From: Eledone cirrhosa
Taxonomy: Eukaryota
Direction: 5' to 3'
DNA length: 64,000 bases
Assembly: GCA_964016885.1 (NCBI GenBank)
Contig: OZ024741.1
Span: forward strand, 330,956,001 to 331,020,000
Part shown: in pieces, positions 14,046 through 27,189 of the stretch
How positions within the stretch are numbered: the stretch's first letter is position 1
Layout: each line of letters starts with the position of its first letter
Position numbers and translations under genes: made by a program
The notes under the pieces: model-generated
What the model was told of the DNA's origin: nothing
What the model saw: only the letters and a program-made list of their open reading frames with translations
The model's database searches: none

Positions 14046-14849
14046 GCACACTTAATTAGATCATTTCAACCCATTCCACGAAGGATCGCTCCTTCATTAT
14101 TGTTAGGGTTATTAAAAAAAAATAATAGAAAAAACATCCCAAGGAAAAATAATGATACATTTAAAAAAAAGATTTAGAAAAATAAAAATAAAAATATGAC
14201 ACAAAAATAACAGACACGACAAGCAACAGACTTACAACCAGCAAAACAGTAATGTTGAGGGTATGTGCATAGTATAGAATAAGTTGTGTACATGTAAATA
14301 CATATATGTGTGAGAGTGTGTTGTATATGTGTTAAATATATATGTATGTGTGTATGCATATGTGTGTGTATGTGTGTGTGAATGCAGCTATTTGGAGTGA
14401 GTTGAGTGTAGGAGAGAATATTTGTAATAAAGCATTGATGAATATTGTGCATTTATATCTGAAAAAAAATGGGTCTTTATGTGCATGTGAGGTTTAAAAA
14501 AATCTGAATATTTATATTTAAGTTCATAATAAAAAAGTCTTTAGGAAAAAATGTTTTTTTTTTTTTTCAAATATTCTACACATTATACAATAGACATTTA
14601 GCTGTTAGTCCTGCTGCTGTTGTTGTTGCTGTCAAGAATTTACTTTGCATTCACTATGTAAACAAACATTTTCAATAGTTCCCTGTTAGTGTTCTCCATG
14701 AAAGAAATCTCTTGCAAAACCTCCACTCTAGTCAGGTTGTATGTGCCGTACCACCAAGAATTGTGTGTGTCATTGTGACCCACAGTAGCTGATAGAATTA
14801 GTGAGATCAATCAATGAAAAAAGAAAAATGAAATGAGAAAATGAAATTT

Positions 14850-15325
14850 ACAGCTTACACCTATATAGGTTTAGCTGGCCTCTTACGATTTTGCATCTCA
14901 TAGGAGGATTCTTGAGTTTTTTAATGGATAGGGGCCCCAGTATTATTGTTGTCACAGCTTACACCTATGTAAGTTTAGCTAGCCTCTTATGAGTTTGCAA
15001 CTCTTAGGAGGTTTCTTGGGTGTTTTAATGGATAGGGGCCTCAGTGTTGTTGTCATAGTTTACACCTATGTAGATTTAGCTGGACTTCTACGAGTTTGTA
15101 TCTCATAGGAGGTGTTTTAATGATAGGGACCCCAAGTGTTGTTACTGCTTACACCCATATAGGTTTAGCTGGCCTCTTATAAGTTTGCAACTCATAGAAG
15201 ATTTCTTGGGTGTTTTAATGGATAGGGGCACCAGTATTGTATTTGTCACAGCTTACACCTATGTAGGTTTAGCTGGCCTCATATGAGTTTGCATCTCAAT
15301 AGAAGGCTTCTTGGGTGTTTTAATG
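14850..15325. repeat. ~108-bp tandem repeat, ~4.5 units; dispersed single or partial units at 2240-2405 and 28735-28860
   Basis: Repeated cagcttacacctatgtaggtttagctggcctc...ctcataggaggtttcttgggtgttttaatggatagggg. Confidence 0.9.
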
Positions 15326-17001
15326 AAAAGCATGAAAAGCAACATGAAATAAAGAGTCTTACTCAAGAACACAACGTGCAACCTGGTCCAAGAGTTGAAC
15401 TTGTCACCATATAATCATGAGTTCAACACCTTAACCATTAGGCCACATATTTTCACTAAATCAATGGAAAGCAGAGAGAGAGGGGGTGGTGGTGATAAAT
15501 TTAGAAACCAGCCTTTGAAGTAAAACAGAAACAGGAAACGAAATGGAAGACGAGGATAAACAAAGTTTTCTCTCCTTCTTCGGCAGGAAAACAAAAAAAA
15601 TTCTAGGTAATAATAATAATAGTAATAATATTAGTAGTAGAAATAATAATTATATTTTCTAGCATTAACCACAAGGTCACAGATTTAATGGAGGGACACA
15701 GATGATTAGTTATCAACCTGGGTATTTCATTGGTAATAATTACATTTAACTTTGAAAAAGATTTGAAATTCAGAATATGAATAAATACCGAAAAGTATTT
15801 TGTTAGGTGTTCTACCAATTCTGCCATGAAGAAGAAAGACACAGGAGATGGAGAAAAGAGGAATAAAATAAAATAATAATAAAAAACTTTTTTTTTTTTT
15901 ACAAAAGTCAAATAGAAGCAGGTTATTCACCAGAGCAATTAATTATTGTTCTGGTTGGTTTAACCCATTCATAACTGTATTTCTAATGAAATACACTCTT
16001 TTTTAATTAATTAATTATTTCATTATTAAAATAGTAACTATAAAATTATGTTGGAAGATTTTAATTTAAATAGGAATATTTTTTAAAAATGGTTTTGTTT
16101 CATTGAACCAGAGCCAGTTTTGGTCAGGTTGTTATCAAAAGAGTTAAAGGACTTCCAAGTAGATTCCAACAGAAAATAATTAAGATAAATTATTTTAAGA
16201 GTAATAAAAATAAAAATTGAAAATAAAAAAAATAAAAGAAAAGAAAAAAGTGTGAGTTATTTAAGGTGGTGGAATTAATCCTGACTAACAAAGATTTGGG
16301 GAGAGTAATTGGAGAAGAAGCCCAGAGATGAACAGGAGAACACGTTTAGAGAAATATAAAATATAAAAAAGTGGAATAAATAGATTTTGTTTTTTTTAGT
16401 TAAATTCTTTAAGTGACAAGAATGGTTATAGAAAGAGAAGAATCAGGTAAATAGATTTACAAATTGGAGAGAGAGAAAAAAAAAGAGAGAGAACATTTTT
16501 CACCTTAAAAAAAAATAAATAAAACTTTTCTCTTTTTTTTTTCATTACAAAATTTTTTTTTCCTTTTCTCTTCTGTCTTCAAAAAATATTTTAAGAAACA
16601 AAACAAAATGAAAACTATCTTGTCTTGTTCTTTATCAGGACTGTTAGTCTTGTGTGTGTACCTTTTTTTTTTTTTTTTTTTTTACATATCTTCCAAACTT
16701 CAGTGAAAATGGTTCTCGGGTGGTTTATTTAAAAAATAAAACAAATAAAAAATACAATAAAAATAGAACATTTAGCATAACAAGATCAAGCCAAAAATAT
16801 AAATTAAAATTTAAAAAAAAACCCATTATCAATAATAATAGTAATACATACATACAAAATTCTTCAACTTTCTGTTTAACAAGACATACATACATACACA
16901 CACACACACTAGTAATCCAAAAAGGTGTGGATATATATCCTTGTTTGTATGTGAGTAAATAGAAATTTATAATTTATCAATGTGTGAATATGTTGCACGG
17001 A

Positions 17002-17049
<48 letters not shown>

Positions 17050-17118
17050 CATACATACATACATACATAGGTGCATTTACAGATGGACACACACATAGAA
17101 ATGCAGACACACTTTTTA

Positions 17119-17171
<53 letters not shown>

Positions 17172-20100
17172 GCATACAGACATACCATTTTAACAGCTCA
17201 TAGATACAATCAACAACACCTAGATTGACCAACAGGTATATGCTATTCCATTCAAATATAGTCTGCTAGTGTTTTCTTCTTAACAGAAAAAATAGACAGG
17301 GAAAACACCAGCTCATCAATTTTAGTAGCCATGGTGGGGCAACTTGATAATACAGTTTTGTTTGTTTGTTTTTGTTATGGTTGTTGTTGTTGGGAGTGGT
17401 AGTTTCAATAAAGCTATGAATAGACAATGCCTGCAAAATATCGGACAAAAAGTTTGGATTCATGTCATGTTATTTTAGTTAAGTGAACTATCCCACAATG
17501 GGTTGCAAAAATAGCCACTGGCCACCAGAATTTTGCTACCATGCCACAGTAGATTATATATATATATATACACACACACATATATATTTATTTATATATA
17601 TATATATTTATATATATACATACACATGCATGTACACCATGCAAAAGTAGGTATTTATTTTAAATCAATACATCTCACCCATACACAATCATATAGATGC
17701 AATTAATATTTCTTGCATAACTATATGCAAGAGTGTATATATGTTTGTGTTTGCATATACATTGTATGTGAGTGTGTTCATGTGTGTGTGTGTGTGTGTG
17801 TGTGCGCACATGCATGCACATATATCTAAGTATGAGGAATGGTATGGCATGAGATGGTTCAAAAGTAGATTTATTACAAATTAACCTTCTCTGACAGACC
17901 TTACTCATTGAACCCAATAAACCTAATTAGATCAGCGAGAAGTAAGGTTGTCGAAATAAGTCTACATGGGCTAGCAGTGAAAGCAGCCAAAACAGAGGTC
18001 TGAGGTTAAATCAACAGAACTTGTTTTACCAGGGAAGGGTGGGGAGGGGGCATGATTACTTTCTCAGTCACTTGTGTGGCTCAGAGGTTAAATCTACTGA
18101 ACTTGTTATACCAGGGGAGGGGAGAGATGTGGTTACTTCCTCTGGCACTTGTGAAGCCCAGAGGTTAAGCCTAACAAAACAGACTGATCAAAGGTGTGCT
18201 TACCTCAATTTTTCAGCTTCATGGATGAGAAGTCAATTGAGAAAAGGATTACTTGATTATCCTTAGTAAAATCCCATCTCATTGACAAACATTTTACTCC
18301 AACATTGCACAATTTATCAAAGACAACAGCCCCTTCTTTCTAGAGCCATCAACACAATGAATGGGGATCCAGTTGGGGACAGCTCCTGGAGATTCGGCCA
18401 ATGAAGATGCTTCAAATATGATCTTTTCTGGGGGGAAAAGATACACTCAAGTAGTTCTCCAAGTAGGTATGAAGACTAAATATTTATAGCCAGAAGACCC
18501 CATACTTATTTCTGATAGCTAGGTGATCTGAATTAGACAGAGTTAAATCCCCTACCTCAAAACAGGCCACCAGAACAGGTTTGGAACTCATAATACATCA
18601 GTATGTTTATCCAATACCTTTTTCTTTGCTCAATTATTTTATCTCTGGGCAACATAAAAATCTAACAATGTTCTATAAAAATCATAATATCTAAAGATAC
18701 AATGATTAAGTCATTACTGTTGATATTGATGTTGTTTTTGTTGATAATAATAGTAGTAGTAGTGGTGGTGGTGATTGTGTTGAGGTGATGGTGGTGTTAC
18801 TGTAGTTGAAAGGGGATTTTTTGTTTGTTTGTTTTTTTTTTGTAAATACATTTTGTGAATATTTTTTCCTTGTGTTATAAATTAACATCATAGCTTTGTT
18901 TCATAATGCCACTTGCCCACATCCCAAATCCTAATCATTGAACTCAGTCTATGTCTAGGATTTCATATCTCTTTAATCTCTGTTCACTGAAACTTGTGTT
19001 CTAAGAGAGGTACAAGTCCTTGTCTTTGTTGTTGTTGTTGGTGTTGCTTTCTCTTGTTTCATCCAGTTTTTTTTCTTTTGCCAAATCAATTCATACATTG
19101 TTGGACATATTTTCAATACATGTGGGTGAATGAAATTGCCATCTTACAGAATTATCATCATTATTATCATAAATGTGGTGATATTGGTGGTAGTAGTAGT
19201 AATAGTATTAGTAGTAGTATTAATATTATTATTATTATTAGTAGTAGTAGTTTCAACAAAATGGCAGTATGTGAGAGGAAGTGGCAAGTACCTAGAGAAA
19301 TGCAAATATGCATGTGCACATATCTATGCATATGCTCTAAGCAAAATAAAAAATATTACAAAAAAAAAAAGAAATATGCATAAAAAAATAAAATATAATA
19401 CTTTTTAAAAAATTTGAAGAAACGATGAGAGTGAGCAGAAAAGAGGAGAATTAGAATAAAATCCACTTGTCTTTACAATTAAGAGACCAAATTTTTTCAA
19501 GGATGATTGAATATCACAAATGGAATTCTCCAAATATTGGCCTGACCACAAATATCTTTATATATATATAAAATAAAGCAGTCATGAAAACCTGGGAGGA
19601 GGAGTCTTGTTATATGTTGCAGTCTTTATAGGGACTGTTGTAATAGCTTTTTTTCTTTCTCTCCAAAAAGAAGTACCAAAATTTGGTAACAAAACACCTG
19701 AATTGTTTTATCAAGTTGCAGTTACTTGTGCCAGCAGATAAGCAAAGCAAAACTATCATAGCTTTAGTTGGTTGGCCAGCAACCTCTCATCTCATTTAAT
19801 ATAGGAATTTCATAAAAACAATGCGGAATAGACATACGAGCTGTAAGATTGCTGTTTCTAGTTCTATGAGCAACCAAGCAATACTTGCATTCTATTTCAG
19901 TAATAGAGAGGAATTCTAATTCTTGTATCTATCCATGAGTTACAAGAACATTTTTTTTTTGCAACGAATTTGTGTATACATATAAAACAAAAAAATAAAT
20001 AACAACCTATATATATATATATATACATACACAAATATATATACATATATATATATATATATACATACATATATACATATACACACATACATGTACACAC

Positions 20101-20636
20101 ACACACACACATGCTCACACATACATAATATACATGTGTGTGCTTATGCATGTGTGTGTAATATACTCCACACATATATACCTATATATTTATCATAATG
20201 AAAAGTAAAAACACTTTAAAAAAATAATACCTAAAATATAATTTAAAAATTTCCAAAGAATACAAAAAGGAAAAAGGTTTCTCATTAGAAAAACAAATTC
20301 AACGCTTCCTAGTAGGAATAGAAGATCGCAATGAATGAAGACAAGCAAGCAAAAATGTTGCCAGATGAATTTGTTCTCTGATAGCTAAGAATCAGATGAT
20401 AACCAAACAGATAAGGTTAACAACGGAAAGTTAAGCCAAAATACATAGATCTATTGTCTGTTTGGCAATACATCTGACAGTCAAGCTACCATTCCAGGCT
20501 TTTACTTTTTTCTTCTCTTCTCTTGCTTTTTCTTTGTTGTTAAAAACATTTTTGTGTTCATCCATCAAGAACTCAATTCTACTTCTTTCAAATACAGCCA
20601 ACATAGACTGCTATTTGATGTGTTGGCATGTCCGAA

Positions 20637-20864
20637 CTAGCACCATCGGAAAGGGACAGCCCGTGGTCGGTCAGCCCCTTCTTTGACTAGTGGCTTGTGA
20701 AACTCTCGGCCAGGCCGTGTGTGAATGGTGGCCCAACAATTCTCACAATAGTACTGCAGACAAGTCACATTGGCACAGAAGAAGGGGGCAAATTTTCCCC
20801 CACAGCGAGCTCCTTGACACTCATCACACATTTGGTCATCTAAGACGTAAGGCTTCACCTCGAC
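20637..20864 (-). CDS. CPEB2/3/4: CPEB last coding exon: ZZ-type zinc-binding domain and stop
   Basis: Acceptor gttatag|gtc; VEVKPYVLDDQMCDECQGARCGGKFAPFFCANVTCLQYYCENCWATIHTRPGREFHKPLVKEGADRPRAVPFRWC-TAG. Confidence 0.97.
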   Translation of the reverse strand, partial: VEVKPYVLDDQMCDECQGARCGGKFAPFFCANVTCLQYYCENCWATIHTRPGREFHKPLVKEGADRPRAVPFRWC

Positions 20865-21796
20865 CTATAACACAATACACACAAATATAAGACATATGCT
20901 GAAAAATGGAATTTGACGGCTGAAATATGAAAATAAGAGAACATTCAATAACTAATATCTTAGACTGTTGTAATGGTTGACACACACACACTCTAAAGTG
21001 GTTGGCAATTAAACAGAGACAATATACTGTAGAGAAGACTCTCCAGTCTAGCTAAGTGTATGAAAACCTCTCTAGTATTGGTGCCATGATAAAATGAACC
21101 AAGTACACTCTGTAAAGTGGTTCGTGTTAGGAATGGCATCCAGTTGTAGAAACCAAGCAAAATATGGAACATATGAGCCATATAGTTTCACATCACAACA
21201 ACCTGTCCAACCCATGCCATGATATATATATAGACACACACATTTACATATATATATATATAAAGAGAGAAAGAGATAGATGTAATCCCATTGGAAGGAA
21301 GTCACAGTAGAGGAAGACCATGGAAGACCTGGATGGAAGTGGTGGGAGCTGATCTCAAATCACTGAAGCTCATAGAGATGGCAAAGGAGAGATGCTGTAC
21401 TGAGAAGGACCCATCCAACCCATGCAAGCATAGAACAGTGGACATATGGCGATGATGATTTACATACATATTAAATATTCATTTTTTAATACTTTCAGAC
21501 GACACCAGGCATAGTGAGGACTTAGTGGTTAGAGAATTGAATTAGCAATTGTGAAGTTGTGAGTTTGATTCCTGGACCTGGCAATGTGTTATGTCCTTGA
21601 GCAAGACACTTTATTTCATGTGCTCTTTCTGCTAGGAGTTGCGACCGGTAGATAGTATTAGCAATGGAAACCTTGTCCCCTTGATTCAATCTGACAAGTT
21701 CCACTACACTCGATAAGCGAATGAGGTCTGGGATTTTGTCTATTGATTCAATTGATCAAGGCATAGCTAATGTGAAGTAGGAAAGTTAATACTCAC

Positions 21797-21978
21797 CCTC
21801 TTGTCAATATCGGCATGTTGCAGTTGAACAAAGCGAGCACTGATTGCAGCAATGTAACTTTGCTGATTTGAGAAAGCTACACGGCCAGCTCCTTTAGGGT
21901 ATTTTAATTCAGGATCAGTGTCAATGCCTGCATAACAAACACCTCCATAAAGACGATCCATGATCAAAGCTAACTCCA
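21797..21978 (-). CDS. CPEB2/3/4: CPEB RRM2 exon (LELALIMDRLYGGVCYAGIDTDPELKYPKGAGRVAFSNQQSYIAAISARFVQLQHADIDKR)
   Basis: Acceptor ctttttcag|tg, donor agg|gtgagt; 182 nt. Confidence 0.97.
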
Positions 21979-22435
21979 CTGAAAAAGAGCAAAGTAATAT
22001 TTGTATTAATATTTAGTCAAATAAACATGTACTCCAAATTGAGTCATATAACCCTTTTGTTATATTTCTAATGAAAAACATTACCTACTATTTTAAAATA
22101 ATTTTGAAAATAATCAAGTATTTGTAGGGAATTAGTAAAATAACTAACATTTTCATAATTAAGCAGGTGTTTGGAACTTAACATAGCAACAATAACAAAA
22201 ACAACAATAACAATAAAAACGATGCCAACAACAAAAACAATGACATTATTGCTGACAATAACAGCAATAAAAATTATAACAAAAACAACAGCACATCACT
22301 GCTGACAACAACAATAAAATGATGACAATGATAACACCACCACTGCTGATGACAACAACAGCAATAAAAACAATGACAACAACAGCAATAAAAACGATGG
22401 CAAAAACAGCATTAAAAGGAGTGAAAAATACTTAC

Positions 22436-22550
22436 ATGCTCTTAGTGGTCTTGGAACTCCACCAACAAAAATTGTTTTTCGCGGATCCAATGGTTGGCTA
22501 CCATCCATCACAAAATCTGAATCACTCAAGTTCCATGGTCTAATTTGGAC
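22436..22550 (-). CDS. CPEB2/3/4: CPEB exon: RRM1 end / RRM2 start (VQIRPWNLSDSDFVMDGSQPLDPRKTIFVGGVPRPLRA)
   Basis: Acceptor tttttag|gtc, donor gcat|gtaagt; 115 nt. Confidence 0.97.
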
Positions 22551-22639
22551 CTAAAAATTGATAAAAGATAATATTTAAAAAAATAAAACATTAACATCTT
22601 TTTAATCAACAGAAAGCCAACTTTTGTAGAGGAAAATGT

Positions 22640-22882
22640 TAATCCTTTCACGACTGTATTTCTAATGAAACAAATACCTCTAATGGAATTAATTGATGAA
22701 GAATTTTGAGGGATTTACTAAAATTATTAATTATTTTATTATTGAGATAGTAATTTAATATATGGTGTAACATAATATATAATTATGTTGGAAGATATTA
22801 ATTTAAAGGGAACTTTTAAAATGTGTGGTTTTGTTTCATAGAACTGGAACTGGTTTTCACCAGGTTGATAGCAAAAGGGTTA
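22640..22882. mobile_element. piggyBac-like MITE (TTAA..CCTT / AAGGG..TTAA ends), multi-copy
   Basis: ttaatcctt...aagggttaa termini; related copies at about 15960-16147, 22050, 25677-26095, 27930-28135, 29420-29631, 33560-33702 and 40740-40960 in both orientations. Confidence 0.6.
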
Positions 22883-23233
22883 AATAGGAATCCGTTAAAA
22901 TAGGGTCCACGAAAAAATGTTGCTTTCAAAGAAAATATTTTAAGCCTTAGGGAAAAAAAAAAAAAAAAAAAAAACATAAAACAGTTAACTAAAGGAGTTG
23001 GTAAAATACTTTCCTGGGGAATCATTAGAAATCAAAAGAAATGATTCTAGAGAAAAACAAAAACAACCAAATTCAGTGTTGATGAAGTGTAAACACACAC
23101 ACACCAAATATTGTCTCCAGGTTGAGAACCACTGCCTTAGAGAAACAGATTTATGTGTATTGTCCACATATGTTGTACAATACATGCAGCAAGAATTTGA
23201 CAACTAGTGTGGCTTATCTTTTCATGTACTTAC

Positions 23234-23352
23234 AGGTTTGTCTTTCATAGTAGGACTGGACACACACCAGTATAGTTTATCATCATCAGTGATGCAGGCT
23301 TCAATCAACGACTGCACTGACATTTCATCTTGAAACAACAGAAAGCAATAAC
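23234..23352 (-). CDS. CPEB2/3/4: CPEB RRM1 exon (GYCFLLFQDEMSVQSLIEACITDDDKLYWCVSSPTMKDKP)
   Basis: Acceptor ccttgttag|gt, donor cct|gtaagt; 119 nt, phase 1 to 0. Confidence 0.96.
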
Positions 23353-23419
23353 CTAACAAGGAAAGAGAAAACCAAAAATCTTCTGTTAGTCAACACTGAA
23401 TTAGCTGGATTCATTGAGG

Positions 23420-23690
23420 TTGATAATACATGTTGGGTGTTGATAATGCATGTATGTAGGTAATGTTGGTTGATAACGCATGTAGGGAGGTAATGTTTAG
23501 TGTCGATAATACACGTAGGACAGATAATACATGTAGGGTGGTAATGTTGGGGGTTGATAATACATGTAGGGTGGTAATGTTGGGTGTTGATAACACATGT
23601 AGGAAGGTAATGCTGGGTGTTGATAATACATGTAGGAAGGTAATGTTGGGTGTTGATAATACATGTAGGAAGGTAATGTTGGGCATTCAT
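23420..23690. repeat. 33-bp minisatellite (GTTGATAATACATGTAGGAAGGTAATGTTGGGT), about 8 units, in the intron just upstream of exon 23352
   Basis: Direct inspection; explains ORFs 23325-23768. Confidence 0.92.
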
Positions 23691-24268
23691 AATCACAAGG
23701 GTGATAGTAGTAAACGACAGGAAACTGCTCCAGTTTGCTCAGCTGGCAAAAATGAGCCGTATCTGTAATTCAAAGAGTCTCACTGTGTCACGCTGAATCT
23801 CACTGATCTAATCTCTTTTTATCTGAAATTTCTCTTGTAACAAGGCTTCTAGCACGTGCTTGAACTGCTCTGTTACCATCAACTAGATGGAAAAATTTAG
23901 AAAACTGACATATTTAGTAATTGCATTCTACATACCAGCAAGAACTAATGTCATAGTTGCCAGCTGGTGGGAAAAGACCAAAGGGTAAGCCAAAGAAGAC
24001 CTGGAGATCAACCCTAAAAGATGACCTGCACAGGTGTAGCACAAACTAGTTTCAAGCACCAACCCTTGTCAGAAACAGAGAAAGATGGAAGAGCATAGTG
24101 GTTTGTTGATGTGAGGTTGGAGGATCCAGATGACCAGATACTAATTTTTATTGCAGCAAAGTTATTCAGAATTTAATGTATATTTAAAAAACAAACAAAC
24201 ATATAATGCAACTGTCACATGGAAATATATTCTAGGTTATAGAATTTGAAGTTGAAATAACAACCTAC

Positions 24269-24358
24269 CTTTAGGTGGGAAATAGGACTTGCTCTCAGCC
24301 TTGTGAGGCCAATCCACTACTAAAGGACCAAAGCGTCGGAATGCTGATGTAATCTCCT
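24269..24358 (-). CDS. CPEB2/3/4: CPEB RRM1 exon (EEITSAFRRFGPLVVDWPHKAESKSYFPPK-G)
   Basis: Acceptor tatttcag|ag, donor aaag|gtaggt; 90 nt; diagnostic CPEB2-4 peptide. Confidence 0.97.
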
Positions 24359-24922
24359 CTGAAATAGAATGGAATTAGTGAACAAGATTAATTTAAAATA
24401 ATTGATGCCAAAGCTGGACTTACTTATAAGCTAAATAAGCTATGCCCTTGGGGGTCTCATTTTTTAAAATATATTTTTATTCTATCCTTAGTTTTTATTC
24501 TTTAACACTAAATCATTATATATACATATATGTTGAAGGCTTTACTCCAATATTTCAAATTTTAGCAACAATCTGTTTGTCTACTAGTAACGATACCATA
24601 AATACTAACAAATTTCACAATGCTCTGTCCACTAGTAAAGATACCATAAACATTTAAATCAACAAAAATGTTTTAAAATATTTTCTGCTTTACAGGATAA
24701 TTAAACTTAATAATCGCACATGGACAACACAATTTTTAGTACAACTCACTACATTACATTAAAAATTAAAGTCTATAATCTATTACTGCAAATTTTCACA
24801 ATATGTCCACTAATAAAGATACTATAAACATTTGAATTAACAAACCCATTTTTAAAATATTTTCTGCTAAATCATTACAAGATGTTAAGACTTAAAATGA
24901 TAATAAATGAACTTTGTTGCAC

Positions 24923-25105
24923 CTTCGTCAATATCTGGAGGCAATCCCCCAACAAAGACTTTCCGTGAAAAGCGCTCCAATCTCTCCTGGGCAGTTGGAG
25001 GGTTGGGGGACCCACGGGCAGGAGAACTCAAACTAGGAACGGTTTGGTCAAGACTTGAATCGTCAAGTAGATGATTATCTTCACTGAAACCAAATGGAGA
25101 CTTCC
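24923..25105 (-). CDS. CPEB2/3/4: CPEB exon: linker and start of RRM1 (GKSPFGFSED...RLERFSRKVFVGGLPPDIDE)
   Basis: Acceptor tttattccag|gg, donor gaag|gtgcaa (weak); 183 nt, phase 1/1; RNP2 motif VFVGGL. Confidence 0.95.
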
Positions 25106-27118
25106 CTGGAATAAAGAAGAGAAATATGTCAATAGCTAAACAAAGATTTATAGGCAACAATAAACTTCAATTTAATTCAGTTTATGACCCCTTCCATGGG
25201 TCTTAATTCCTGGTGGAGCATCTTTTAAATCTGGTGAAGCCCATCTCTCTCTCCAGATCTGAATACAGCTGATTTCTTCCAGGGTAAGAAAGAAAGAGGG
25301 AGAGGTAGTGACAAAGAGATATAGAGGAAGAATCAACCCTGGTACTGGACTGGTACTTTATTTATCAACCTCAAAAAGATGAAAGGCAAAGTTGACCATG
25401 GCAGGATTTGAACTCAGAGCCAGAACGAATACTGTAAAGCATTCAATCTAACATTCTGACTACTCTATCAATTTGCCAACTAATTCAGTATATTGTCAAC
25501 AATAAAAACAACACCCAAAAACAGACTATATTCCCAAATTGAAGAAATAAAAACAACAACAGCAATCAATACACATCCAGTGATAACATTATTGACATTG
25601 ACAAAACAAATATTTAGATATGATAGAAATGATATATAGAATGATATAATTGTAGAAATCATTTTAATAGTTATGTTTAATCCTTTCGTTATGATATTTC
25701 TAATGAAAGACACCACCACTAATGATTTTCAAATCATTTGTAAAATAATCAAGAATTTGGAGGTATTTAATAATATAACTAACTTTATCATTATTAAGTT
25801 GGTGTTTGGAACATAAAAGTTCTTACATAAAATTATGATGGAATGTTTATAGATAAATATAAACACTAATCCTTTTGTTACCATATTTCTCATGAAAGAT
25901 AATATTCCATATTATTTTCAAATACTTGTGAAAATAATCAACCATTTGAAAGGATTTAGCAATAAAACTTTCTCATTATTAAGCTGATGTTTGGAATATA
26001 TATATAGAGGGTTTTTAGATAAATAAAAACACTTTAAACAGCTTAGTATCATACAACCAAGGCAGTTAGAGATGGTTTGGAATCACAAGGGTAAATTGTT
26101 CATAAGATCCACATTATAGTAAGAAGGCCAAAAATGTTGTCAACTATCAACCTGTCGTGAGCAAGGGCAGGCAATGCCTGGTAGGCCACTGGGTTAGGTA
26201 AAACAAAAAAGAATCAGCTATAAAAAATGTCACAAAAAACTGAAATCATAGTTGCTATACAAAGATTGAAATGAAAATGGAATGAGCCTTAGTTGAGCAA
26301 TGAAAACACACTTCTGGCCCTCAGCAGTAAGCATTGGTTAGTGCCACCTTAGCTAAACAGTAAAAACACACTTCTGGTCCTCAGCAGTAAGCATCGGTTA
26401 GTGTCACCTTAGTTGAGTAGTGAAAACACACCTCTTGTAGTTAGCAGTCTGTTAGTTAGCTAAGTAGTGAAAATGCACCTCTGGCCCCCAACAATCTGTT
26501 AGTCAATGGCACCAGTTTTAAAACCCAGTTGGCTTCTGTTCCTCAGACTATAACTTCAGTACCTGTCAATGTTGATTTCTAATTTAAGCACAAGGCTAGC
26601 AAATTGGGGCAAAGGGCAAAGTTGACTTTGGTGGGATTTGAACTCAGAGTGTAAAGAGGCAGAATAAATACCCTGGTGCTCTACCAATTCTGCCTATCCA
26701 CCATCCTAATTAATAAACCTAATATTTGAAACAAAACTGAATAACAGATATTCATTTCACTGGAGAATTTCAATGGAATTCTAACAGAAGACAAATGGAA
26801 AATCAATGCCAAGATGTCGGGTCAAAGTTTTAGTGAGCTGATGTATACAGTAACAACAATAACGTGTTTTAAGATCAGTTTCTTGCTAAACATGGGTTAG
26901 TCTTACAGGACCTATGATTGGTTTCATATTTATCACAGGGTCCTTTTTGAGGCAGTGTTTTATGGCTGAATGCCATTACTGGCACCAACCCATTTAGTCA
27001 CCATTTAAGACATGAAGGAATTAGGAAACTGATGTATCTAGGATTTTAAATACTTTCAATCCTTTTCAAGGAAAATATCCAGACCGTGCTGGATCAAATT
27101 TGACTTGAAATATAGTAC

Positions 27119-27189
27119 CAGGGCTGATGCTTCCATTCGGGCAAACTAGGCAGCAACCTAGGGTGCTAAATACTCAGGCACCAGTCCTG
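27119..27189. mobile_element. Tiny hAT-like MITE remnant
   Basis: Imperfect TIRs cagggctgatgc / gcaccagtcctg (10/12 match); weak 8-bp flanking similarity. Confidence 0.35.

Noticed and set aside
12932-14051. Many long ORFs rich in Y/I/H/T/C/V (also 16967-17228, 19897-20175, 62920-63347)
   Set aside because: Translation artefacts of (TA)n/(CA)n microsatellites that lack stop codons.
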